From: Cyanophora paradoxa CCMP329
Lineage: Eukaryota; Plantae; Glaucophyta
Length of the DNA stretch: 64,000 nt
NCBI GenBank assembly: GCA_004431415.1
Contig: QPMI01000459.1
Coordinates: 1 to 64,000 of the forward strand
Reading direction: 5' to 3'
Position numbers and translations under genes: made by a program. The notes below the pieces were generated by a model, which had not been told where the DNA came from, did not search any database, and saw only the letters and a program-made list of their open reading frames with translations. Of the stretch, positions 30,985 through 43,247 are shown piece by piece (position 1 is the stretch's first letter; every line of letters starts with the position of its first letter).

Positions 30985-33900
30985 ATGCCGCTTCTCGACG
31001 TGCGCGATCGGGAGGCGCTCGAGACGCTGGTCACGACGCTGTGGGACTTCGTCGTGGTCGGCGCCGGGGCCAGCGGATGCGTCCTCGCCGCGCGGCTCGC
31101 CGGGGCGCTCCCCGACTGCAGGATCCTGCTGCTGGATCCCGGCGGGCCACCTGAGCGGGACGGAAGGCTCGCCAGCGTCATCCATGCGCCAGCGCGCTGG
31201 GCCGCGTCCCTCGCGTCAGCGACCCGGTGTGTACGCGAACGCGAGCAGCTTCGGCTGTGCACGCGAGGCAGCCGCAGCGCTCGCCGCCCGCCGCCCGCGA
31301 CTGTTGGGGCCCCGGCTCACGCGCCTCGTGCACGCGCAGGTTCATTAGCGTGCCGCAGCGGCACCTGTGCAACCGAAGCATCTTCAACGTCGCCGGACAC
31401 GGGTTCGGGGGAACCTCGAACGTCAACGGTGCGGTCGGATCGCAGCGCCGTCGATTCTGCCCATGAATTTGACCGCCGTTCGCAGCGTGCATCTGGTTCC
31501 GTGGGGCGGGGCACGTGTTCGACTCCTGGCGCTGCGCGGGCTGGTCCTACGACGAGCTGCGCGGCGAGTTCGAAGGGCTCGAGTCCGGCGGCCTGTCGCT
31601 CGAGCAGCCGGGCCGGGAGGGCGCCCTGGCGGCCGCGTTCTGCGAGGCGGCCCGCGAGTGCGGCTTCTCGGAGAACCAGCGCTACAACGAAATCCACACC
31701 GAAGGCTTCGGGTACACCTGGCAGACCGTGCGCAAGGGGACTCGCCAGAGTGAGCTTCGCTTCCGCGTGGAGGCCATGTCGAACTTCGGATTGACGCGAG
31801 CGGGCAGCGACCTGGCAGGCGTTCGTCGAGCCCGCGCTTGGCTCATGCGGAAACCTGTACGTCGCTGGGAGCACCGGCGTTCGACGGGTGCATGCGTCTT
31901 ATTCGTGTTGTGCTCTTTCTGACCGGGCTGACGACGTCCGGCCGCAGCTGCTCTTCAACAGCGACGCGGCGGTCCCGCAGGTGGAGGGCGTGGAGGTGGA
32001 CTTCACGACGCACAAGCAGCGCGCGGGCCCGAGCCGAGGCGTCATCCGACTTCGCCCCAGCGGGGAGGTCCTCCTCTGCGCCGGTACCCCCCCCCGGCTC
32101 TTGCAGCGTACCCCGGGGATCATCATCATGCGCTCACCTGATTCCGAACGCGCTCGCTGCAGGCTCCCTGGAATCGCCGAGGCTTCTCGTCGCGAGCGGG
32201 GTCGGGAGCCCCGAGGACGTGGAGCGCGCGGGGGCGCAGCCCGTCGCCCTGAACGAGGGAGTCGGCAGGAACCTGCAGGGTGAGCGGGGCGGGCGCGCGA
32301 GGCGGCTCAGCCGTCGCTCACCCGAGTCTGATCCGATCTGATCTGATCTGATCGCTTCCCGGCTCAGACCACGTCCTGGCGGTCTCGGCGTTCGCGTCCC
32401 CAAAGCCGATCGCGGGCACCCTGGGCGCGGGAACGGACGCTCAGGTCCGCTTCAAGCCCAGCCTCCCCGCTAAGCTCGCCGAGCCTCCCCTCTAAGCTCG
32501 CCGCTGAGCTCGCCGCCCCGCCTAAAGCTCTCTCTGCACTTAGCTGCCTCCCCTCAGTTCTTCTTTCTCTCTGATCCTAGCGCAGGTGCTGGCGCGCTCG
32601 TCGCTCTCCGGCAAGGACGTCGGCCCCGACCTCCAGCTCCTGCTCCTCTCCGGGAGGCACTACATCACCGACGGTGCGGCGCCGGAGAAGGCTAGAGCGG
32701 TTACATGAAGCGGGGCGCACCCGGGCGAGGAAGGCTCCCCCGGCGAGGCCCGGGCCGGGGCCGGGGGGCCGGGGGCTTGGGCGCCGCCGAGGCGGCCGGG
32801 GCGGCCGGGAACGAGGGCCTGCCGTCGGGGCGCTGATCGGTTTGGGGCGCCCCGCCGATTCGAAGCCGCGCTGATTAGCTATGTAGCGCCGCACCAGAGA
32901 ACGGGTTAGAGGGCGGACGAAGCAGGGGCCCGGGCCCGGGCCCGGGCCGTCGCGGCGCCGGCGCTGATTCGTTTGGGGCGCCCCGCGCGCAGCCCTACCC
33001 CTCCTCGTCGAAGAGCTCCTCTTCCAGTGAGTCACGCGCATTCAAATTCAACGTTTCAAATTCGAAAGCTCACGCTCGCGATCGTTTCCTCGCAGATTCC
33101 CGCCCGGTAAATAAACCCGGCCCGGAGCCGCTCGCGTCCCGCCCCGCCCCGCCCCGCCCCGCCGCCTCACCTGACCCGACCTGCCCCCCAGGCCGCTTCC
33201 TGCGGCGGGACGGGCTCCTCGCCCGCGCCCTCGGCGCCGCCCTCCGCCTCCTCGTCGCGCTATTAATAGCCCTGCCCTTCGTCTCCTCCCTCCTCTCCCA
33301 CCTCTGGTGCGCGCGCGATCGCATCTAGGATTCTTCTTCTTCTGCCTCTAACCAACCGCTCTCTCCAGGTTCATTCTGGTGCCCTCGCCTCCCACCCACC
33401 CCTCGCCGCCCCCGTCTTCTCTTATCGAACCCCAGGCGGTCAACCTCCGGCCCGAGTCGCGGGGCAGGCTCTTCGTCGAGCGGGGCGGATCATCATCCCG
33501 ACCCGGAGGCGGAGGCGGAGGAAGCGGAGGAGGGGCCGGGCGTGTGGTGCTGGACCCGGGGTACCTCTCCGCCCCGCTGGACGCCCCCCGCAGCGTCGAG
33601 GCCCTCGCCCTCGCGGTGCGTAGTTCGCCCGAGAAGGCGGCGCCGGCGCGGGCTCCTTTTTCTCCTCCTTCTTCTTCGCCGGCATTTAGACCCGCTGCAG
33701 CACCTAGACGTCCTCTCCTGATCGTGATCGGGGCCCTGACCTCCGCGGCAGCACCGCATCGCGAGGAGCCCCGCCCTCCGCCCCTTCTTCGCCTTCCAGC
33801 TCCTCCCGCCCCCCTGGGCCTTCGGATTCCCCTGGCCGTGGCGATGGAGATGGAGATCCGCCCCCGAGAAGAATAAGAAGAAGGACACGGGCGGGCTCCT

Positions 33901-34440
33901 CAACTACGTTCGCAGATTCGCGAACACGTGCGCCCATTCGTTCTTCGTTCTCTAACCTGCTAATTCCTGCGCAGAACATGTGCGGAAGTCTTCGGCTGCT
34001 GTCTTTGAGTTCCTTCTTGGATCTAATCTTCTTCGCCCGGCCCAGTCCACGTGTGCGGGACGGCGGCCATGGGATCGAATCCGGACTCGGCGCTAGACGA
34101 GGAGCTGCGCGTGCGGGTACGCCTCGTTCTAGATCGTGGACTCGACTCGCCCCCAGATCTGTTCTCACCGCCCAGCAGGGGGTCTCGGGCGTCCGAGTCG
34201 CCGACGCCTCCAGCATACCCGTCATCCCCTCGGCCAACATACAGGCAAGCACTAGATCCAGCATATAGATCTAGACCTATAGATCCAGACCCGCTGCAGC
34301 CTCGGGCGCACAGACCTCCCTCCTCTGATCGGCGCCCTCACCCTTGCCACATCCAGGCCGCGGTCCTCGTCATCGCGGCGCGGGCCGCCAAGCTCATCGC
34401 CCAGCGGCGATCCCGAGCATTAGCGGACAAGGGTCCGTAG
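30985..34440 (+). CDS. GMC oxidoreductase (choline dehydrogenase-like), multi-exon
   Basis: DFVVVGAGASGCVLAARL (FAD), GFGGTSNVN, EVLLCA-GSLESPRLL, GVGRNLQ-DH, LRPESRGRL, GVRVADASSIPVIPSANIQ. Confidence 0.9.
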
Positions 34441-34576
34441 AGCTCGAGCTCAGCGGGGGGAGGGCGAGGCCTCGGACGACGCGGCGGTCGTTCCTATTGA
34501 TTTGAAATATTTAAGAATGCAAGTACGCGGGCATGGGACGTATACATGCGACGGAATGCATACGCGTGCGTCACGA

Positions 34577-37003
34577 TCACAGGGCCGGCTGCATGTTGGA
34601 GCGGACCCACTGGACCGCCTGCTCGAGCCCCGCGCACGTCGCCCGCGCGATGCCATCCAGCGCCTCGTCCCCCCTGGGAAGAATGAGCGGGAGGGGAATA
34701 GACAGGGGGGTACGGGCGCACGTGGTGGCCCCGCCGCTCGCCGCGTAGGCGGCCGCCAGCGCTGCGAAGCGCGCCGCGTCGGGCTGCGGGGTACGGCGCG
34801 GTCGGTCGGCGCGGGGGTACAGGCAGCATTCGAATTCAAAGGGCGCTCGCCTCTACGGCGGGCTCCGCCTTGTCCCCCTCCCCCATGCCGGGCACCAGCT
34901 CCGATGCCTGCGGGGGTACGGGGTTACGAGCGAAGGAAGAAGAGAATGGGGCCCGGCGTGCCTTGAACCTGAACTCCTGCCGCACGTAGCTCCCGTCCGC
35001 CTGCCGTGCTGTGCAGAGCACCTGCAACGGGGACGGCTCGGCTGCGGTTCCCCGATCGGGTCCGAAGGGGACCGAAATCGCGTACCTCGGCGGCGCGGGT
35101 CGGGGAGAAGGGGAGGGAGCCCTCGAGCCCCCTCCGCACGATCACGGCCCCTGCGCAGCGCGGTCGTGAGCGCGGGGCGGAGCGTATCGCACCCCCTCGG
35201 CTCGCACCGCGGTACCCCGCGCGCTCAGCTTGCTCGACCATCTTCTCCGTGTAGGACGGGTGGAAGGCGCTCGTCACGATGATGTCCGCCCGAACCTTTG
35301 GGGGTACGGGTGAGGCCGGGGGATACCGCGTAGGGGAGAACGGGGACGGGGGTACCGCGTCGACGAGCTTCTCGATGGTGGCGACGAAGGGCCGCTTGAT
35401 CATCGCCCGGCGGATGTCAACCCACCTGCGAGGGTACCGGATTTCAAGGTCGGGCCGGGGCGGGGCGGGGGCGGGGCGGGGAGGGGGTACCGATCGAGGG
35501 CGGGGGAGAGGTCGGCCTGGTCCACGAACCAGCCGAGGGGCGGCTTGGGGCCGGCCAGGTCGGCCATCGAGCGCGCCCACGCCGCCGGCGCCCTGCCGGC
35601 CCCCGCGTCGGATCGTAGGGCGCGAGGAAGGAAAACGAAGGAGAGCGTACCCCTCCCCTGCGGCGAGGCGGGATACGACGTTGCGGAGGTTCGCCGCGTA
35701 CTTCGGGCCGCTCGTCCGCCCGCACTGTACCCCCGGGCGGCGGCTCGGCACTGTACCCCTCTTTGGGAGGCGGGGGGGACACCACGCACCAGCGAGACGA
35801 CGCGGTACCCCTTCGTCTGGAAGAAGTGCGCGAGGAGGGGGGTGGCGATGTACGATTTGAGCACCCCGTCGAACGGCTCCGCGAGCCTGCGGGGGTACGG
35901 GTGAGGCCGGCCGGGACCTGCGGGGGGTACACGCGCGGGGCGCACTGCAGGATCGGCTCGCCCGGCGGGGTAGGGGCCTTGAAGGCTTCGCTGATCCTGC
36001 GGCGGGCCGCGGTCAAGCCCGCTGGCCTGGCACAGGGGCGCAGCGCGCGCACGAAGCGTTCATTGCCCTAACAAGCTCCTGGTACTCTTCCGCCGTCTCG
36101 TAGCGGACGCGGAGCACCGTCGCGCAGAGCGCGCGGGCCGCGTCGTGCCAGGTCGACCCCACGGGGCCCTCGCCCTGCGCGGAACGGCGCGCCCGTTCGG
36201 CTTGACTGATTGAGGGGCGAGCGAAGAGGGTCGCGGGAGCGCGCGCCTGCTCCGAGAAATCGAAGAAGAAGTCGGCGAGGACAGCGGCGTCGGGCCGATC
36301 GAGCGTCCGCCCGGCGAGCAGCTCCTCGGCGATGCGGCGGATCGAATCGGGGGCGTCCGGAAGCACAGCCGCGGCCAGCGCCCGCGGGTCGTCGATGTAC
36401 GGCACGACCGGAATGAAGGCTTCCCGCTCCGCCGGAGTGAGGCCCTTGAACCGCAGAGCCGCAAGGAACGCGGCTCTCTGCACCGGGTTCACCGCGCCCG
36501 CCCGCATCTCTGCCGCGCCGCGTGAGCGTTTTGCGCCGAAATAAGAACGGGACGAACGAGCTGCGCACCGTTAACGATGCGCTCCACGACGTCAGCTGGT
36601 GTCTCCTTGCTGCCCTTCTTGCCCACCGCGACCGCTTTGATGCCCTCCACGATCGGCGTGACCGGCGGCGGCCCGACGACCGCCTCTTCTCTCGCCTGCA
36701 CATACGAGCCGATCAGCGGTTCGGCGCCGCCACGAGGGCCTCGCGTACGCCGCCGCGTGCCAGCGGCCGCGCGGCGCGTACCGTCAGCGGTGCAGGGGCG
36801 CTCTCGCAGCGCGCCGAGCCGACAAAATGACGCCGCTGGCGGCGAATCGGCGCCCAGCGCGCCGCTGGGACCGATGCGGATCGCCAGAAGCTGCTGCTGC
36901 GCGAAGCTAGCGCGGAGGCAGATGCAAGAGGGCACGCTTGAGCCTCTCGCGCAGCCGGACGCCCTGCGGGCCTCGCTGCAGGGCCCAGGCCGAAGCTGAA
37001 CAT
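34577..37003 (-). CDS. Anthranilate phosphoribosyltransferase-like (glycosyltransferase family 3) protein, probably plastid-targeted
   Basis: MFSF... Ser/Ala/Arg-rich presequence; IKAVAVGKKGSK, QRAAFLAALRFKG, LRVRYETAEEY, EPFDGV, IKRPFVATIEK, SAFHPSY, RGLEGS. Confidence 0.7.
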
Positions 37004-37270
37004 TTTTACTGGTGTACCCGGGTCCTCGGTGCAGCGTACCCGTGGGTCAGAAAAACGGCACATTTGAACAACCCCTCCAACACATCTTCCGGTGCGTTCC
37101 CGCCCGTCCCCGTCTTTCGGAGTTTGTAGCGTTGGCGTTCAATGCACTCTAGAAGTCATTTAGAGGCCTCAGCGACCCGTCCGGCCGGCATCAGTGGCTC
37201 CCGCCGATCGTCCACCGGACTCTCGCGGAATTCATCGGGCTGACGTACCGGCCTCGCAGAACTCATCACA

Positions 37271-38083
37271 ATGGCCCCCAAGCGTGCTGCGGCGAAGGCG
37301 GCGAACGAGAAGCTGAAGGCAGACAGCACAATCAAGAAGAAGGGTTCGTACGCTTATCGCCAGGCCATAAACGGCAAGGCATTTCGCCGAATAAGTCTCC
37401 TAAGATTGCTTAAAGTCGCCGAACGAATCCGGCTGGCCCGAAGAAGCGTTTCCCGCCTTCGCGTTCAAAAGTCCTAGGCACCCAGTCCGTCCTAGCTGCG
37501 TACAGCCTCGCCGTACAGCTTCGCAGCCTCTAAGACTCTTTAAGGCCTTCTTCCTATGTGTACCAGCCTGCCCTGCCCGCATTTTCCGCGATTCGAAGTG
37601 CTCGCCGATTCAGGGCCATTTTAGCGGCCCTCGACCGCCCGCAAAGCCGGCCAGCCTCTAGACCTCTACAATAACACTTCTAGTCGTTAATGAAAGGCTG
37701 CGCCGTCGCCGATTCCCGCAAGTCGCCGCATTTCAAACTTTCCGTTCTGCGCCTCGGGCCGAGGAGGCCCTTCGAGCCGTCGCCATGCGCCCTCCAGCCT
37801 TTAGCTATGATATTCCAGCTTAGTTGTAGACTTTCCGTTGAATTCCGCTCGAGTTTGTAGTCGCGCAAGTTTGACCGGACAACGCCTCCGCAGCCCCGGC
37901 CAAGACTGACAAGCCCAAGAAGGAGAAGGCGCCCAAGAAGGAGAAGGCCCCCAAGGAGAAGAAGGGCGGCAAGGTCAGACGCTGCAGAATCGAACGCTTT
38001 TCACCGCCTGCGCACTCGCGTCTGAGCCGCCCCCGCGTGTCCTGCAGAAGGAGGAGAAGAAGGCTGCGGAGAAGAAGGACTAA
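37271..38083 (+). CDS. 62-aa Lys/Ala-rich basic protein (linker-histone-tail-like), 3 exons
   Basis: Exons 37271-37343, 37894-37973, 38048-38083 give MAPKRAAAKAANEKLKADSTIKKKAPAKTDKPKKEKAPKKEKAPKEKKGGKKEEKKAAEKKD. Confidence 0.75.
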
Positions 38084-38719
38084 GCGTCTCCTAGTCCTGA
38101 ATCCCCACGCGTCATCCCTTTCCCGACTGCGTTTGGAGCCTTTCGGCCCCCTCAACCTCGACCCCTCGCGTTCCATCCCGATCTTGTGTTATATGTAGGA
38201 GCAGCTGCTAGATACGTCTTCTGTGCCTGCATTGCAGAGCGTTAGTTCGCGTTTGCAACTGTATAGATTGAAGGTCGAATTCAATATTCGTTGCAGCATC
38301 GACTCCTGCGCCCTTCGTCCCTCCTAGACTGATCGGCTACCGTCCCTCCGGCCTCAGCCTAGCGCTCTGTCTTCACTACGGGGATGTGCACCCGCGCCAC
38401 GGCCGAGGATGTCGTGGCGGTGCCCATGCGAACCTTGGCGGTGCTTTCTCCAACGTTAGCGGCATTTGTAGGCAGCGGACGCGGTACGCATAAGCAGAAG
38501 ACCTCGAGAGAACCATGATCATGAGCGTCAGCACGCCCAGCCGACGTCGCGCGTGCAAGCGTCGGGCCGGGCCACGTGCACCCGGATCAAATTGCAGCGA
38601 GGGGGTTCGACATTCATTATAGCAGGGCCGGTCCAGACAAGCTCAAGGTACGCTCAGTTCGCTTGCGCAGCTGCGTCAGCGTGTGTGTGCTTATCGATAT
38701 CGGGGACGCGGTCCGCAGG

Positions 38720-39930
38720 ATGCCACCAAAGCGAGCGGCAGCCAAGGCGGCCGCCGAGAAGGTCTCGGCGGACACCGCGAGCAAGGCGAAGCGGAAGTCC
38801 GCAGGTGAGCGCGAATGCGATCTGAGCACGTTCGCCAGGCCGAGCGCCGCCGTGGCCAGCGCTTCGCACGCCCTAGCAGTTATGAGCGCACGCGCCCGGC
38901 CAGCACTGGCCCAGCAGCTGCGGCCGCTCGAGAGGCTCCGGCGCGACAAGAACATTGTTACTTCTCTAAGCTTTCGACACCGTGCCTCCGCCAGCTAGCG
39001 CTTGCCTGCCTCGTCAGTTCGCGCATCCATCGCTCAGCGGCTGACCGGACCTCGGACCGCGCGGCGCGCAGACGAGGCGGAAAAGAAGGACAAAAAGAAG
39101 GCGAAGGCCGAGAAGCCCAAGAAGAAGGAGGAGGAGAGCGAAGAGAGCGGGGTGAGCGAGGCGGAGAAGGCCCCCAAGGAGAAGGCGCCGGCCGCGAAGG
39201 TCCTCACGTGCCGCCGAGCTCGCTCGCAGCTCCTCTGCAATCTCGTGCTCGACGAGAGCTGGGTCTTCACCTTACATCCGCGCGTATCGCAGAAGGAAAA
39301 GAAGGCGGAGAATAAGGAGGAGAAGGAGGCGGCCAAGCCCGCGGGCCCCGCGACGGACGGCTTCGATTATTACTGGGCTAGGAAGAACTGCGAGGTGCTT
39401 TATCTTGCCTTCTTCTTGCCCTGCTTCTTCTTTCCACTGATCGCTCGCACCTGGGCGCCGGCGCCGGCCGGGCCCACAGCAATGCAAGAAGGCCGAGGTG
39501 CGATTCGGCGACCTTGAAGCCCGCCCCGCTAGCTCTCTTTCTCTCTAACGCCCGCGCAGGCTTTCTTCAGCAAGCACGGGATCGTCCACCCGGCGCCCGA
39601 GGACGCGACCAAGGTCAAGAAGACGAAGGCGCAAATGGTCGAGCTTGTGAAGCGCGCGAAGACGCTCCTCGGCAACAAGGCCACGAAGCTTGTGAAGGAG
39701 GACGTTTCAAAGATGAGCGACTCGGACATCACGGACGTGGTGGCCGGGCCCTCGGGCGGCCTCCGCGCCCCCTTCATGCTGGTGAGCCTCAGCGAGCTCC
39801 CCTGCCTTATATATGCCCCGCCTCATCTCAAATTTGATCCCGCCCGCGCCCGGCCCGCCCCGCGCAGTACAAGGACTTCGCGGTCGTCGGCTGCAAAGAG
39901 GAGGCCCTGAAGGAGGCCTTCGGCAAGTAG
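38720..39930 (+). CDS. Lys-rich N-terminus fused to an ArsC/Spx-like thioredoxin-fold domain
   Basis: MPPKRAAAKAAAEK...; DYYWARKNCE|QCKKAE|AFFSKHG (CxxC completed by an 18-nt microexon, 39480-39497); GPSGGLRAPFML|YKDFAVVGCKEE. Confidence 0.75.
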
Positions 39931-40194
39931 GGGCGGTCCGTAGGACCGTCGAGCTTCAGGCTTCAGCACAGTAATTTGAAATCATGCTATTTTAAGCGAG
40001 GCAGCCAATGTCCTGTCAATACTATTGCTGGCTCATAGAACTAGAGAGCCGGAAAAGGACATAATGGTACAGGTTCAAAAAAGGTTTTTGATCGGGTCAC
40101 GATCACGCGAGATCTAGAACTATAAAGAAAGCACGAAAGAAAGCACTAGCTGCAGCTGCGGGTCCAGGCCGGGATCGCAGGGGTACGGTGCCAG

Positions 40195-42579
40195 CTAGCC
40201 CGGGGGTAGGTGGAGCCAGACGTAGCACTCGCCGTTCGACTTCGGCACCGCCTCCGCCATCGTCTGGAGCAGCGTACCCGTCTCGCCCTTGTCCACGAGG
40301 AGGTAGGAGACCTTGGAGGGCTTGTCCTGCCGCTCCGCCCCCTCCGGCAGCGCCTCCCTAAGCGTCCCGTAGCAGTAGCTGTTCACCACTCGGACCTGGC
40401 GGGGTACAGGCCGCGTCAGCGGCGCCCTGGACCCTGAAGAAAAAGAAGAAGAAGAAGAGGCCCCGGCGCGCCTCGAACCCGTACTCGTCGCGGGCTGCCG
40501 TGAGCAACTCCCGCGCCGCCTCGGGGGAGGAACCTGCGGGGGGTATGCGGTTGGCGGTCTGAGGACGGGGGGAAGGGCGGGAGGAAGGAGGGGGGGTGGC
40601 GCCCACCCGCTGCGGTCCAGCGGCCCGGCGGGCCGAACTCTATGATGACGTTCTTGACGCGGCGGCTCGCGAGAAGGCGCGCCGCCGAGCGGAGCGCGCG
40701 GATCTCGTACCCCTCCACGTCGACCTTGACGAAGGCGATGGGGCCCTCCCCCGTGGGTACGCTGTCCAGCCGCAGGCTCCTCGTGTCCCCCCCGGGTACC
40801 TGCGGGCGCGCATAAGAGAAGCCAAGCCGCCGGGGGCGAACGAAGTGGAGGGGTACGCGCCTCGAGAGGCGTGGCGGTGGCTCCGTCCTCGCCGATCCAA
40901 CCCGAACGCACCCGCACGGACCTGCGCGGCGCGGGCACGCACGCTGAGAAGGGGCCCGCGCGGGATTCGAGCCGGGAGGGGTAGGGTACGCGCCGCTCGT
41001 CGTCGCCGTCCATAGCGGCCCTGTGCAGGACGACGATCCGGTCCCCTACGCCGTTGGCCGCCGCCGAGAGCGCGAGCATCCTCGCCAGCTCCTCCTGCAA
41101 CTCTGTACACCGCCCCCATCGACTCGCGGTTGGGGTACAGCGATTCAGCAACGCTGCGGGGGGTACGCGCACCGATCGCGACGACGGAGAGTCCCAGCGC
41201 GGCCGCGTAAAGCGCGTAGCAGCCGTGGTTCGCTCCGACGTCTGTACCCCCATCAGCATAGCTGGGGGTTGGCAGGGGGGTACGGGACGGGAAGGGCGCC
41301 CACCGAGAACAAGAGCGGCGGGCCAGGCGGCGGCGGCGGCCCTCAGAGTGTCGTACACCGGAGTCTCCCTCCTCAGGTGACCGACAACCAGCCCCCGCGA
41401 GGGGCCCTGGTTCAAGATCTGCGCGGGCCGTTTGTTCTCGTTCGGGAGGGGTACTGGAACCGAGCCGGCCGGCCGGCCGGGCTTCGTTCGCACCACGTGG
41501 AACTCGGGGTCGGTCTGCGAGGGCGCGAGTACCCCCATGCGTCGCGCGAGCCGCTTCAGCTCGGACGCGTCGGCGACGGGGACGGGTACGCGTCCCTCCA
41601 GGCCCGCAGCGGCCGCCGGGCGGGCGGCGGACGACTCCGCGACCTCGACGGTCTTGCCGGCCGCGCCCTCCAGGACCGTGCTGTAGAGCTGGGCGCCGGC
41701 GCGGCTCCCGTCGCCCGCGGCCTCGCCCTGCCAGCGCGCGGCGCTGCCGGAGAAGAACGGGCCCGATCCGGACAGGGCGTCTTCGTCCGTGTACCCCTCC
41801 GACTCGTCGGCCCGCAGGTCGCGCAGGAGCAGCGCCGAGAGGCACATGACGGCCCCGAGCAGCAGCGTGCCGAAGAGGACGCGCCGCCGGGACGGGCGCC
41901 CGATCCCGTTCCGAAGGCGGCCGTCCCAGCCCGGCCCGCCCGGCGCCGGGGCCGCCGGCGAGGGCGCCTCCGCGCCGCGGGCGCGCTCGAGGGACTGCCG
42001 GTGGGCGTGTGCATGGCCGCGCGCGGGGGAGAGCACTTGGTGCACCCGCCGCGCCGCGAGTGCCTCCACGAGGCTCGCGTCCTCCCCGCCGCGCTGCTGC
42101 CGCTCGCGAAACTCTTTCACCAGGTCCTGCCGGCCCGCCCGAGTCAGGCCCGGCGGGCGGGCGGGCGGGCGGGCGGGCGGGCGGGCGGGCCGCGCGCGCG
42201 CGACGCGGAGCGGAGGCGCTCGCCTTGAACGCGCGGTCCAGCGGGTGCTGCCACTGCACCATCGTCCCCAGCGAATAGTACTTGTAGCCTGCAGCCGAGC
42301 GCCCTCAGCCCGGCTGCCGCGGAGACGCTGCAGCTGCGGGGCGCAGCGGCGCTCACCATCCGGCGAGACGTGCTCGTGCCAGCCTTCGGGGAGCGGTGCG
42401 GTGCTGCGGCACAGCCGGGCGCCTGTGAGCGGCGGGGACGGGCGCGGCGAGCACGTAACGCACAGGCCGGTCTCGGCGATCCACAGGAGTGCGGGCTCCG
42501 CCTCAGGATCTATCCCAAGATACCGCGCATACTCTTCCACCTCATCGCTGCGCGGCGTCGCCTTGCGCTCGTCCGCCAT
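40195..42579 (-). CDS. CEP164-type WW domain + transmembrane helix + FkbM-family methyltransferase
   Basis: EEYARYLGIDPEAEPALLWIAETGL-APLPEGW...WQHP; TM VLFGTLLLGAVMCLSALLL; DVGANHGCYAL, IAFVKVDVEGYE, VIIEFGP. Confidence 0.8.
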   Translation of the reverse strand: MADERKATPRSDEVEEYARYLGIDPEAEPALLWIAETGLCVTCSPRPSPPLTGARLCRSTAPLPEGWHEHVSPDGERRCAPQLQRLRGSRAEGARLQATSTIRWGRWCSGSTRWTARSRRAPPLRVARARPARPPARPPARPPGLTRAGRQDLVKEFRERQQRGGEDASLVEALAARRVHQVLSPARGHAHAHRQSLERARGAEAPSPAAPAPGGPGWDGRLRNGIGRPSRRRVLFGTLLLGAVMCLSALLLRDLRADESEGYTDEDALSGSGPFFSGSAARWQGEAAGDGSRAGAQLYSTVLEGAAGKTVEVAESSAARPAAAAGLEGRVPVPVADASELKRLARRMGVLAPSQTDPEFHVVRTKPGRPAGSVPVPLPNENKRPAQILNQGPSRGLVVGHLRRETPVYDTLRAAAAAWPAALVLGGRPSRPVPPCQPPAMLMGVQTSERTTAATRFTRPRWDSPSSRSVRVPPAALLNRCTPTASRWGRCTELQEELARMLALSAAANGVGDRIVVLHRAAMDGDDERRVPYPSRLESRAGPFSACVPAPRRSVRVRSGWIGEDGATATPLEARTPPLRSPPAAWLLLCAPAGTRGGHEEPAAGQRTHGGGPHRLRQGRRGGVRDPRAPLGGAPSREPPRQERHHRVRPAGPLDRSGWAPPPLLPPALPPVLRPPTAYPPQVPPPRRRGSCSRQPATSTGSRRAGASSSSSFSSGSRAPLTRPVPRQVRVVNSYCYGTLREALPEGAERQDKPSKVSYLLVDKGETGTLLQTMAEAVPKSNGECYVWLHLPPG

Positions 42580-43247
42580 CGCCTGGCCGACCCGCGCCGA
42601 GCTGCCCGACGTCCCGGACCGAAGCGGATGGCTGTTGCCCCGCGCAGCTACCGCCGCGGCTGACAGAGCGGCGCGTCTAGCGATGGAAGTCGCTCGGGTT
42701 CATCTGGACGAAGGCGCACTACCTAACCTCGCTTCCTGCGCGTCACAGATGTCGCAGATGCAGTCTGGAGGCCTAGGCTGCTCAGACTGCTCTACGTGGG
42801 TGGGTACGCGGTGTGGCTTGGGGTACGGGTGGCTCCGCGCAACGCGACCGGGCCGGCTCTGCAGCAGCGAGCGAACAGCGCAAAGCGAACGTGAGCGATA
42901 GAACGAGCATCGCGGCGGCGATCGATCAAAGGCGCCTCCCGCTCGCCACCGAAAGGACCCCATTTGCGCACGAAATTCATGATTCCCGCATTTCCCAAAT
43001 TCGCATTTCCCAATGTCGCGCACTGCGGCCCACGCGCTTGCGGAGCGGGAATGCGTGCGCGTATACTGTCGTCTGTCCAACAGCGAGGTCACAGCAAGCT
43101 AGCTAGCAGCAGCTCTATCGGTACGCGCAGCACAGCAGCAAGCGCACGCGCACGCGCACCAGCAGTAGCTCCAGCGCCAGCTGCAGTAAGTTGATCGCGC
43201 GCGCGAACCGGCGGCAGCTTGTGAGCTCACTTGGCCGAAGCGTGGAG

